Virus record (IMG/VR): IMGVR_UViG_3300009512_000012
Reading direction: 5' to 3' (one strand)
DNA: 20,000 nt
DNA from: an uncultured virus (IMG/VR IMGVR_UViG_3300009512_000012)
Taxonomy: Duplodnaviria; Heunggongvirae; Uroviricota; Caudoviricetes
Part shown: positions 8,823-17,482 of the stretch, piece after piece
Layout of the letters: each line of letters opens with the position of its first letter
Numbering within the stretch: position 1 is the stretch's first letter
Translations under genes and position numbers: made by a program
The notes under the pieces: generated by a model
The model's database searches: none
What the model saw: the letters and a program-made list of their open reading frames with translations, nothing else
What the model was told of the DNA's origin: nothing

Positions 8823-11800
8823 TATCTTGCCCTCGCTGCTCTAGATACTCTAGAAATTTTAGACACAGGTACAAATACTAATTCTTGTTTACCACCTTGT
8901 ACAGAAGCTGTTTCTGCAAATATTCTGTTACCTTTACCATACATTGTAATTGTACCATCTTCACATAATATACTAACACCTGCATTTTGTGACAATACAC
9001 TTTCTGCTATTAAGTTATCACCTGTCTCTGCAAGTAAATCATCGCCCCCAACTTCTTGAGCAAAAGTTGATGTTGAAGAACCATCGATTGTAACTTTATC
9101 AGTTCTACTTCCTATTCTTGCTGAAGGTCGTACGACATAATGTCGTCTAGGAATATGTTCATCAAATATTTTATTAAATGTAGAAGCAAGGATTGGTGAG
9201 AATGTACCATCAGTATCAACTCTTGCATATTCTTTACCAGCATTTTTAATTGATAATGAAACAAATGATGCAATAGAAACTTTACCAAAAGGATTAAATC
9301 CAGCAGGGTGAACTGCTCTTTTTAATTCGTTTAAATAAGTTGCAGCTGATTGACCAACTTGAACTTCATAAGAAAATGCTTGATAGTAATATGAATCTTG
9401 TATTCTAATTAAATCTTCATCTATTAAAGATTGTACAGAAATATAATTACCATCTGTGTCTTGAGTAATATCTACAATGGTATTTGCTTTGGCAATGTCT
9501 GCTAAAAGAATTGTACCAGATGCACCACTAGAATCCGTTATAACAATATCTTCTTTAGAGAAATCTAATTTATCTTGAGTAATAATATTTGCGTCTGCAT
9601 TGTTTGATGAACTATCTGTACCATCTAAAGCAATGTAGTCACCAATAGAAACGCTATCCTCTGTTTCAAATAATAATGTAAAACCATCCTCAAGAGTTAA
9701 TTTATTACCTTGTTGTTCAGTTCGTAATCTTTGACCTGTCTCACCACCTAAAAATCTAGTACCAATATTAACGTCACCATCAAGAATTAATTTACCATTT
9801 TCACCTGCGATAAGAGCATTAGTAGATTCTAAAAGTATATCTCCACCATCATCTTCTAAATCTAAACCAGTTAATTCGTTTCCACCAGGTTGTGTACCTG
9901 AATCAAGTAACATTTTATGTTTAGTTCTTGTTATAGAATCAAAAACAATATTACTACCTTCATCTGCTATAATTGTATTTCTACTTCTAGTTTCCATAGT
10001 TCCACCATTACCAGAATGATTAGTACCATAATAATATAATGTTGGTGCATTAGTAGGAACAACTATTTGAATATAAGCACCTGCTGTTCCAATTAAAGTT
10101 GTAATTGGTGAAGATGTAACGCCAGAAGTAAACGCAACGCCACCACCGTGAGTACCATCTGGTGTAGAAGAAAATCCAAGTGAATGGTTAAGTGTAATAT
10201 CTTCGTTGTATAATAAGGGGTTAGATAAATCAAATTTGTAAGTACTGCCTTCTTTTAATAATATTTGTTTTTGTCTTTCACCATTTATTATAAAATACTC
10301 ATCACTTGAATCGTTAGGATTTTGATAATGTTTTACATCAATTGTAAAAACTCTAATTGGTTCAAGTTTTGCACTTGTTCCGTCTAAGATAATATTGTCA
10401 TCATCTGTTAATGGTATAATTTGAGTATCCTCTGCAAGTATATTATGATGATTAACATTAGGTTCTTGGTCTTCAAGAATAAATGGAATACTTACAGCAG
10501 TACTACTTTCCATTTCAATTTTTTCAGAATCTTCAAATGTCACATCTAATTGTTGAGTTGTTGAATCATAACCTTGAACTGTACCAACATGAGTTGTTAA
10601 AGTATTGTTAACTGCAAACGTACCAGTAACATCTTTTAAAATAAAGTGTGCTTGTAATGTTATGTTTGGTAAATCAGTTTCATCATAATTAAAACCAGAA
10701 TCTTTTATTCTTAAAGAATTTACAGCACCGATATCATTTGTCAATGCTAAAAGTTTTGCACCAGTACCACTTTCAGATGTAACTGTAATTGTTGGAAGAC
10801 TTGTATAACCAGTACCTGGTGTTTGTAAAAATATTTGATTGATAGCTGTCTTTTCTGCTTCTGTATCAAATGAAGCTTCTTCAAGTATGATTCTTTCATC
10901 ATCATTTGTAAGTGTGTCTAAAGAAACTTGAGTTTGATTTGTTATTAATTTATCACCAGCATTTAAACCGTTACTATCTGTTCCTTCTAATATAATATTA
11001 TCTTCAGTTTGTGGTGGCCATGAAAGATATGTTTCTGAATCATATGAACCTGTTGGTTTGGCAACTAGTCCATGATTCATTTGACCTTTTGGCATATAAA
11101 AAGTTGTGCCAGGAAATTCTATAAATGTATGTGGATGTGATTCAGTTGTACCACCTGCAGCTACAGCAGTTAAAAATAAAGGATAAAAATATCCTGTTTT
11201 ACCAGCACCTAACTGATTGTACTCAGCAGTACCATAAACATAGTAAGGGCCATCAGCAATTTCTTTTGTTTCTAATGCAACATTAAATGGTAAGTCAGAA
11301 AGTTTAGAAGCCGTTTCTCTTTGCATACCATCACCGTCTTCAAATAAAAGTGAACCTCCTAAAGCAGATACTACACCAGTAGCAGCTATAACCCCATCTC
11401 CAGCTGAAAACTCAAGTTTGTCACCAACTTCATAACCAGAACCTGGTGTTTGCACAAATACTTTTGATATAGAACCTTCTTTTATATTGTTAACTTCAAT
11501 TTCAGCAAAACCATTACCTTTGTCAGCATCAACGGTTGCAGTTTCAGTTAAAGAATGTAATATACCATCATTTGTAATTTCAGTATCAGATACTATAGAT
11601 TTTATTGTAAAACTTATACTAATATCTTTTGTGTTTGAAATGACATCAATAATTTCTCCTGTTTGAAAATTTGTTACACCTGGTATTATATTTTCAAGTT
11701 CAAATTCAGAAACAGAATCATCACCTTGAATAAATGTTGACGCTGCATCTATTACTGCTGTAGCGAAAGAAGTTCTTCCTGTGATAACTTGACTTAAAGC

Positions 11801-12559
11801 TTCTGAACCAGTTCCTTGTCCATTTGATACACAACGTAATTTTTTCTTTGTAGACCATTTTCCGTCAGAAAGACGTAACATATTTTGATTAGGATAAAAT
11901 ATATTAGAACTTTCATTAAGTAATAAACGCATAAAAAGTTTATGACCTTGAGATGTACCTTTGGCAGCATACAGGTCTCTAATATTTTTTATAAGATTTC
12001 TTTTTGATACACCTGTTGCAAGTGTATTAGGTATAACTTTTAAAAACGATTCTCTAAATTGCGTAAAGAATTCATTAACAGTATTGTCAATATCAGCGTA
12101 GTCTAAAAGTTGTTGAATGTTTTGTACTGGGTTACCTTTGTATTCAGTAAGTTCAGCTTCTGCACCAGATGTCAATCCTTTAATTATTTCGCCAACTTCA
12201 AATCTTTGGTTAGAAGTTGTGTATAAAGAAGCGTTACGAACATCTTCAACTATGATAGTTGTTTCAGCACCTGATGTTTGTCCTTTAATAATTTCACCAT
12301 TTTGAAATTCTGTAGAATCTTCAAGAACCATTCTATCAATGGCTGCACCAAGTACTCCATTTTCAGATAAGACATATGCTTTTGTTTCTGGTTCTAGAGT
12401 AAGATAGTTTGTACCAGTTTTATATTTTAATCTGGCAGATTCTAAAAACTTATAGAAGTCGGTAACAAATGCAGAGTAAACGGCATGGTCTTCGTCTTGA
12501 AGAAAATCTGGTAGTTGTCCTCTTATTAATGGTGAGAGTTTATTATCTATTATTGCCAT
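8822..12559 (-). CDS. gp7: Baseplate wedge initiator gp7-like
   Basis: 1245 aa. The N-terminus has QLPDFL, FVTDFYKFLE, LIKNIRDLYAAKGT...KLFMRLL and YPNQNMLRLSDGKW. The C-terminus has IQDSYYYQAFSYEV...LKRAVHPAGF. These are signature motifs of marine T4-like gp7, and it follows gp6. Confidence 0.88.
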   Translation of the reverse strand: MAIIDNKLSPLIRGQLPDFLQDEDHAVYSAFVTDFYKFLESARLKYKTGTNYLTLEPETKAYVLSENGVLGAAIDRMVLEDSTEFQNGEIIKGQTSGAETTIIVEDVRNASLYTTSNQRFEVGEIIKGLTSGAEAELTEYKGNPVQNIQQLLDYADIDNTVNEFFTQFRESFLKVIPNTLATGVSKRNLIKNIRDLYAAKGTSQGHKLFMRLLLNESSNIFYPNQNMLRLSDGKWSTKKKLRCVSNGQGTGSEALSQVITGRTSFATAVIDAASTFIQGDDSVSEFELENIIPGVTNFQTGEIIDVISNTKDISISFTIKSIVSDTEITNDGILHSLTETATVDADKGNGFAEIEVNNIKEGSISKVFVQTPGSGYEVGDKLEFSAGDGVIAATGVVSALGGSLLFEDGDGMQRETASKLSDLPFNVALETKEIADGPYYVYGTAEYNQLGAGKTGYFYPLFLTAVAAGGTTESHPHTFIEFPGTTFYMPKGQMNHGLVAKPTGSYDSETYLSWPPQTEDNIILEGTDSNGLNAGDKLITNQTQVSLDTLTNDDERIILEEASFDTEAEKTAINQIFLQTPGTGYTSLPTITVTSESGTGAKLLALTNDIGAVNSLRIKDSGFNYDETDLPNITLQAHFILKDVTGTFAVNNTLTTHVGTVQGYDSTTQQLDVTFEDSEKIEMESSTAVSIPFILEDQEPNVNHHNILAEDTQIIPLTDDDNIILDGTSAKLEPIRVFTIDVKHYQNPNDSSDEYFIINGERQKQILLKEGSTYKFDLSNPLLYNEDITLNHSLGFSSTPDGTHGGGVAFTSGVTSSPITTLIGTAGAYIQIVVPTNAPTLYYYGTNHSGNGGTMETRSRNTIIADEGSNIVFDSITRTKHKMLLDSGTQPGGNELTGLDLEDDGGDILLESTNALIAGENGKLILDGDVNIGTRFLGGETGQRLRTEQQGNKLTLEDGFTLLFETEDSVSIGDYIALDGTDSSSNNADANIITQDKLDFSKEDIVITDSSGASGTILLADIAKANTIVDITQDTDGNYISVQSLIDEDLIRIQDSYYYQAFSYEVQVGQSAATYLNELKRAVHPAGFNPFGKVSIASFVSLSIKNAGKEYARVDTDGTFSPILASTFNKIFDEHIPRRHYVVRPSARIGSRTDKVTIDGSSTSTFAQEVGGDDLLAETGDNLIAESVLSQNAGVSILCEDGTITMYGKGNRIFAETASVQGGKQELVFVPVSKISRVSRAARAR

Positions 12560-12569
12560 ATTGCTTCAT

Positions 12570-14540
12570 CTAGTAAGAACTGCTTGAACTTGAACTGCTT
12601 GAACTTGATGAAGTACCACTTGTTGTTCCACCAGAAGTAGTTACAGTCGTTGATGCGCTACTACCACTACCTGTTGTCGTAAACGTTGACCCTGAAGCAG
12701 ATTGTGTATCTGTGTTGCCTGTTATAGTTGTATTAAAAAAATCTATTTCTAAGATTTGGTTTCGAACAGGTACAATATCATTTGAGTTTGGTATTACAAC
12801 TAATCGTATTGTTGTGGATATTGAACCATCTACATCTGAAATAGCTGTAATATTAATATTACTAACACTAATGGCTCCTGTGTCATAGTCTATTGTTCCA
12901 GCTTGTTCATCAATATAAGAACGTGCTGTACCAACAATAGCATATCTTCTTAGATTGCCGTTACCATCATCATCAAAAAAATATTCTGTTACTGTATCAG
13001 TACCAACTTTAAAACCTGTTGATGATACAACTCCTCCAACACTAGCAAGATAACCTGCCTCAGGGTGAAATAAAGCGTTATTAAATGGTATGTAATAAGA
13101 GATTGTTGTACCTTGAGAAGGTAAAAAGTTCTTTGTTAATTTTACAGTTGTAGTATTATTTAGAATTGATGGGTCGGCAGAATCAATAAGTCTTGAAACT
13201 TCGGATGCTCTAAACTGTGAATTAAATTGTTGTAGTGTGTCTGTGTTGTAATTTGTAATAGCAGTTGTAATTGCTGAATCGATAGCTGAAGAAAGTTTAG
13301 TTGTCGCTGATGTATCAAAAGAATATCCAACTGCCAATTGAATAAAAGTTGTGTCTGGGTCAACAATAACAGGTGTAATAGAAGCAACTGTGTATGGTGC
13401 TAACTCTGTTACCAATTGAGACTTTTGCGTAGATGTTAAAATAGAACCTGTTGTTGATTTGATTGAAATAAAAACTTTACCATATTCGGGTGTTGAACTA
13501 ACACCAGTTGATGAATCATAACTTCCGTCTTCTCCACCAAAAACTGAAACAGCTTGTGTGTTTGGAAATAATCTTTTTGTAAGGACTTCAAAGTCAGAGG
13601 TTGTTACGGCACGACCTTGTGTTGCATAATCAAGAGGTGCATTTGTTTTAATAGATTTTAAAGATTCTGGTTCAGCTCCACCCTCTGCTCTTAAAACAGT
13701 AGTAATGGTAACGTCAGATTCATCACCAATAGAACTTGGTGGACTAAATTGAAATGCGCCATTGGCTTCTGTTTTATTAGTTACAACATATTGTAGTAAA
13801 ACAATATTACCATCTTCAATAGCTTTAGATATAATACCATCTCCAAAATAAACTTCATGTTTTCCACCTTCAACTTCTTGTAAAAAGTAAACAGTAGATG
13901 TATTAGTCAACTGTGTAATGTCAGTTGCCTTTGTAAAAGTTGTTGTTGCTGAATTGGTAGAAGAGTTAATAACCTTAACTGTTAATGTTGATGTGTCAGC
14001 ACGATTATCTCTTAATAAAAATCTTTGTTCAATGTCAGATGTATCTGTTGTGTAACGAGTTGTTACGAAGGTACCTTCGTGAACAAAAATAGAATCAAAG
14101 TTTATCGAGTTACCAAATTTTGTAGAAGTCTGGTCTTGAGATGTAACAAAGTTATAAGATGTACCATCGTAGCTTGTAGAAAACTTTGTACCTGCTGGCA
14201 TTGTAATAGATGTTTGGTTTGTTCTAATAGAAACATTGATAATTGCTTTTGCAGCTCTTGCTGATTGAACTTCATATCCTAACATTTTAGCATGTGACAC
14301 TACAGACGAACGTAATGATGCTGAATCTAAAAACATTTCATTCGCTAACATGTTAGCGTTGAAACCTAAGTAGTGAGTATTGTATGCAAGTGTATCAAGT
14401 AGGATATTAAAACCAGAACCATCAAAGTCATAATCTTTAAAAGTGTCTTGGGCTTTTAAAAATATTTTTAAGTTCTCTTTGATTTGGTCAAAGTCTAGTT
14501 CGGTAATTCTTAATCTTTTTTTATTAACAATGGTTGCCAT
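12570..14540 (-). CDS. gp6: Baseplate wedge subunit gp6
   Basis: 656 aa with ELDFDQIKENLK..F.DYDFDGSG..ILLDTLAYNTHY..NE.FLDSA.LRSSVVSHAK.LGY, YFGDG, QGRAVTTSD and YGKVFISIK. It ends in a Ser/Thr/Gly-rich tail (SSSY). Confidence 0.95.
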   Translation of the reverse strand: MATIVNKKRLRITELDFDQIKENLKIFLKAQDTFKDYDFDGSGFNILLDTLAYNTHYLGFNANMLANEMFLDSASLRSSVVSHAKMLGYEVQSARAAKAIINVSIRTNQTSITMPAGTKFSTSYDGTSYNFVTSQDQTSTKFGNSINFDSIFVHEGTFVTTRYTTDTSDIEQRFLLRDNRADTSTLTVKVINSSTNSATTTFTKATDITQLTNTSTVYFLQEVEGGKHEVYFGDGIISKAIEDGNIVLLQYVVTNKTEANGAFQFSPPSSIGDESDVTITTVLRAEGGAEPESLKSIKTNAPLDYATQGRAVTTSDFEVLTKRLFPNTQAVSVFGGEDGSYDSSTGVSSTPEYGKVFISIKSTTGSILTSTQKSQLVTELAPYTVASITPVIVDPDTTFIQLAVGYSFDTSATTKLSSAIDSAITTAITNYNTDTLQQFNSQFRASEVSRLIDSADPSILNNTTTVKLTKNFLPSQGTTISYYIPFNNALFHPEAGYLASVGGVVSSTGFKVGTDTVTEYFFDDDGNGNLRRYAIVGTARSYIDEQAGTIDYDTGAISVSNINITAISDVDGSISTTIRLVVIPNSNDIVPVRNQILEIDFFNTTITGNTDTQSASGSTFTTTGSGSSASTTVTTSGGTTSGTSSSSSSSSSSSSY

Positions 14541-14986
14541 TATCGTAATCTCTCTAAAAATAAATCCATTTCTACCATCTCGGTAGGTGTATTTCTAACA
14601 TAGAAATCTACAGTCACACTGTAAGCATTTCTGTCATAATCAGGTGTGCATCTTACAGCTTGTAATTTAGCACGAGGTTCGAAGTTACGAATAACATCTT
14701 CAACTTTTCTTGCAAGGACAACACCAGTAATAGGTGTCATGTTTTCAAATAACATATCACGTATACCAGAACCAATTTCTGGGTGAAAATGTTTTTCAAA
14801 TGGATTCAATAATACTAAATTACGTATAGAACGTTTGACTGCCTGTACGTCTTCAATAACATTGATATCTGAGTTTGAGTTTTTCCTAGCAAAAAATAGG
14901 TCTAAATCAGAATATACTTTTGTAACTTTACTTGATGCATTGGTTGACTGTGCATCAGAACCTTTATCACCTACAATATGTGTCAT
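14540..14986 (-). CDS. gp25: Baseplate wedge / sheath initiator gp25
   Basis: 148 aa with YSDLDL, AVKRSIRNLVL, EKHFHPEIGSGIRDMLFE and IRNFEPRA, ending in LERLR. The stop overlaps the gp6 start (TAATG). Confidence 0.93.
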   Translation of the reverse strand: MTHIVGDKGSDAQSTNASSKVTKVYSDLDLFFARKNSNSDINVIEDVQAVKRSIRNLVLLNPFEKHFHPEIGSGIRDMLFENMTPITGVVLARKVEDVIRNFEPRAKLQAVRCTPDYDRNAYSVTVDFYVRNTPTEMVEMDLFLERLR

Positions 14987-15007
14987 AGAGCCACTCTCCT
15001 ACAAGAG

Positions 15008-15015
15008 TATTTATA
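15008..15015 (-). promoter_or_regulatory. T4-type late promoter TATAAATA
   Basis: Exact octamer between the gp5 stop and the gp25 start, followed by a GGAG Shine-Dalgarno. Confidence 0.8.
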
Positions 15016-15018
15016 CAG

Positions 15019-15876
15019 TTAATCTCCAATGATAACAGTTTTAGAGGATGAAGTTATACTTCCAATATCGTTTCCGTTTAATTCAGTATCATTGTCTAAT
15101 GTTGTATCTGATAATCTTGCGGCTCCGTTTTCACCAGAGTTTAAATTAATAGTTTTATTTACACCACAATCGATTTTGATATTACCATCTGCTTTAATTG
15201 TTAAATCACCAGTCACATGAATGTTATCATTGCCCGTAACTGTTCTAAATCCGTTCTTATGTTGTGTTACGACATCACCGTTAGGATGAAATTCAACAAA
15301 AGACCCTGATTTGTGATAGACATGAATTCTTTCTGCGTCCGTTGTGTCATCAATTTCAATGACATGACCTGATTCGGATTCAAAAACATGATTGTTTGGA
15401 TACACAGCATTGTAAGGATTGTCAGGTTCGCCTGTAATTATATCAGGTGTTTTCGTTATTGTGTTCGTTCCTCTTGCAAGTTTATTAACATCTGATTGTA
15501 ATAACTCTTTAGGGTACTTTGCATTCGGGTCATTAAATCCTTTTGCAATATCAATCTCTTGTGTAGGAATACCTGGCAAACTTCCCATAACAACGAGTTG
15601 TTGTTTTTCTGGGTCCATAAAAAATCCTACAACCCATGTGCCTTCGATAATAAAACTTGGTGAAGTTCCTATGCCTGAGTTGGCTGAACTTGTTGTTGGG
15701 GTCATGACTTGGGCCCAAGGTAAATCTTGTGTTGGTAAATCAACTAAATCGTCTGTATGAAATCCAAGACAACGAACTTGTACACGTCCTAATTGACTAG
15801 GGTCTTGTCGTGATTCTACAACACCGACAAACCAATGAAAACCATCCATGCCCATAAAGTTTTGAATTTTGTCCAT
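15019..15876 (-). CDS. gp5: Baseplate hub / central spike gp5 (OB-fold plus short beta-helix, no lysozyme domain)
   Basis: 285 aa with WFVGVVESRQDP..LGRVQVRC.G.H, DLPWA, GTWVVGFF.D and YPNNHV.ESESGHV.E.DDT...ERI...HKSG. It is too short to include the T4 lysozyme domain. Confidence 0.92.
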   Translation of the reverse strand: MDKIQNFMGMDGFHWFVGVVESRQDPSQLGRVQVRCLGFHTDDLVDLPTQDLPWAQVMTPTTSSANSGIGTSPSFIIEGTWVVGFFMDPEKQQLVVMGSLPGIPTQEIDIAKGFNDPNAKYPKELLQSDVNKLARGTNTITKTPDIITGEPDNPYNAVYPNNHVFESESGHVIEIDDTTDAERIHVYHKSGSFVEFHPNGDVVTQHKNGFRTVTGNDNIHVTGDLTIKADGNIKIDCGVNKTINLNSGENGAARLSDTTLDNDTELNGNDIGSITSSSKTVIIGD

Positions 15877-15881
15877 ACAAG

Positions 15882-15889
15882 TATTTAGT
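15882..15889 (-). promoter_or_regulatory. Variant late promoter (ACTAAATA)
   Basis: TAAATA core in the 14-bp gap before gp5, 5 nt from the ATG, with no Shine-Dalgarno in the gap. Confidence 0.5.
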
Positions 15890-15890
15890 C

Positions 15891-16547
15891 TTAGGAATTA
15901 TATTTAATCACGTCTTCTATACTAGAGTTTTGAAAATTTCTAGGAGATGACCATTGTGTATTGTACATATTTCCAGCAATCATAATTCTTTCACCTTCGA
16001 CAGGTTTCACTTCATGTTGTATGAAGCCTGGAAAAACTATCAGGTCACCGACTTTAGGATTGTATTCATAGTTCGCAGTAGGAAAGATAATAGGTGCATA
16101 CTCTGGCATCTTTACATAATATCCAAATGCAAAAGTATAAGGAAAATGACTGTGACGTTTTGCTGAAGTTTTTTCTGTGTAGTGAATACCCCATGATTCA
16201 TTGCAATACATTTTTGTTGGGGCTAGTCTTAAACAAATTTGTTCTGCAAGACGACACGCCTGGTCAGTAATCCATTTGATACTTTCAAATTCTGTATGTA
16301 AATGCCAATCGGTCATTCGAGCTTGCACATTAGACGTTCGAATTACACCACACTTTTCTAATATGGATAATTCACAATCAATGTGTAGAGGAACTTCTTG
16401 ACCAGAATGTCTTTTAATCGTATGAGACATTGCGTCATCATAGATATTACGAATTGCAAAAGGATATCTTTCTGCAACTTCAATATAATCTTTAGGTCGA
16501 TTTAAATCGGATAGGGATATTTTCTTATCGATATTAGCGTTCTTCAT
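15891..16547 (-). CDS. Putative 2OG-Fe(II) oxygenase (TIGR02466 / 2OG-FeII_Oxy_5-like)
   Basis: ESWG..Y......HSH....AFGYYV....P..GDLIVFPGFIQHEV....ERIMIAGN gives HxH...H iron ligands and the 2OG-binding Arg of the double-stranded beta-helix fold. An AAGGAG SD is present. Confidence 0.85.
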   Translation of the reverse strand: MKNANIDKKISLSDLNRPKDYIEVAERYPFAIRNIYDDAMSHTIKRHSGQEVPLHIDCELSILEKCGVIRTSNVQARMTDWHLHTEFESIKWITDQACRLAEQICLRLAPTKMYCNESWGIHYTEKTSAKRHSHFPYTFAFGYYVKMPEYAPIIFPTANYEYNPKVGDLIVFPGFIQHEVKPVEGERIMIAGNMYNTQWSSPRNFQNSSIEDVIKYNS

Positions 16548-16576
16548 AATATAAACTCCTTTAAAGGATTCAAATG

Positions 16577-17362
16577 TTAGGATGCGATGTAGTTATTGTA
16601 AGTATCAACCCATCCATGCCATGTTGATTCTGTTACAGGGTCAGCTCCCATAAATGTACAAAGTGCTTCGTAGTGTGTCGTGTTCTTTGCAATAATTAAA
16701 TCTTGACAAAGTTGAAAGTTTTTGCTATCATCAGGATGCAATGTTTTTAATTTTATCATTGCTTCTGTGCGTTGTGCCCACCATGCATCGGTGATGTCTG
16801 TATTAGAATCTTTTGTACGAGATGCTTGTTCACGAGCTTTGAAAGTTGTTGTCCAAGACGCATGAGTAAAATCATCCCAAGTTAAAAAGATAACTTTTGC
16901 TCCAGCACCTGTGATAGTATCATAAGTGTTTGCAATATTGGAAGGTGTCCATGTTATACCTGTTGGGTCAATCACACCAGGGTAGTGTATACCACCTCCA
17001 TAGATGTCATTAGACATTGCACCTTGATAAATGAAAGGAAGGTCTTCGACAACTGTAGGACAAGCACTTCCCTTATCCCAATCAGCGTCTATTGTATTTT
17101 GAACTTGTTCGTTTGTATCTGCAAGTTTTCCACTCAAGAAAGATGAGTTAAAGGTTTCAGGATTTGCTGGGCCGTACATAACATTTATGTATGTGTTGTC
17201 TTGAATTTTCCAAGATTTAAAAGGAGCTTCAGGTCTATCACCTTCTCCGTCATTATTTGCTTTTGCAATCCAATCATCCGTATAGGATAAAGTCTTTGCA
17301 ATAATATAAAAATTTAAATCAATAAAATCATTATGATTATGTGATAAACAAAAATACGCCAT
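16577..17362 (-). CDS. Hypothetical protein, possibly a degenerate sulfotransferase-like fold
   Basis: 261 aa with an AAGGAG SD and a late promoter upstream. GAKVIFLTWDD and YEALCTFMG resemble sulfotransferase C-terminal motifs, but no PAPS-binding loop is recognisable. Confidence 0.6.
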   Translation of the reverse strand: MAYFCLSHNHNDFIDLNFYIIAKTLSYTDDWIAKANNDGEGDRPEAPFKSWKIQDNTYINVMYGPANPETFNSSFLSGKLADTNEQVQNTIDADWDKGSACPTVVEDLPFIYQGAMSNDIYGGGIHYPGVIDPTGITWTPSNIANTYDTITGAGAKVIFLTWDDFTHASWTTTFKAREQASRTKDSNTDITDAWWAQRTEAMIKLKTLHPDDSKNFQLCQDLIIAKNTTHYEALCTFMGADPVTESTWHGWVDTYNNYIAS

Positions 17363-17380
17363 TAGTAAGAACTCCTTTAG

Positions 17381-17482
17381 TTAAGTTACAAGTTTATTTA
17401 TAATGCCAAAAGGCCCCAACAACAGAAATACTATCAAAGAAAGAAAACGCTCAGAACGCTTCGCTCGGAAATCGATATTCAT
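17381..17482 (-). CDS. Putative 33-aa hydrophobic peptide
   Basis: MNIDFRAKRSERFLSLIVFLLLGPFGIINKLVT. The start overlaps the zf-CHCC stop (ATGA). It has a basic N-terminus and a hydrophobic stretch, and it spans the late promoter. Confidence 0.4.
   Translation of the reverse strand: MNIDFRAKRSERFLSLIVFLLLGPFGIINKLVT
17395..17402 (-). promoter_or_regulatory. T4-type late promoter TATAAATA
   Basis: Exact octamer 32 nt upstream of the 261-aa ORF start. Confidence 0.75.

Noticed and set aside
12573..12700. Short tandem repeats (TGAACT/TGCT) at the end of gp6
   Set aside because: They encode the low-complexity poly-Ser/Thr/Gly tail and are not a CRISPR array or DGR repeat.
1..15876. Stop-codon reassignment, introns or inteins in the structural genes
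   Set aside because: The structural ORFs in the track are intact in the standard code at plausible sizes, vrlC keeps one frame at both ends, and I saw no Hint or homing-endonuclease motifs.
8357..16401. Short ORFs nested in or antisense to the 393-aa ORF, gp7, gp6, gp25, gp5 and the oxygenase
   Set aside because: They overlap well-supported genes almost entirely and are explained by codon-bias shadows.
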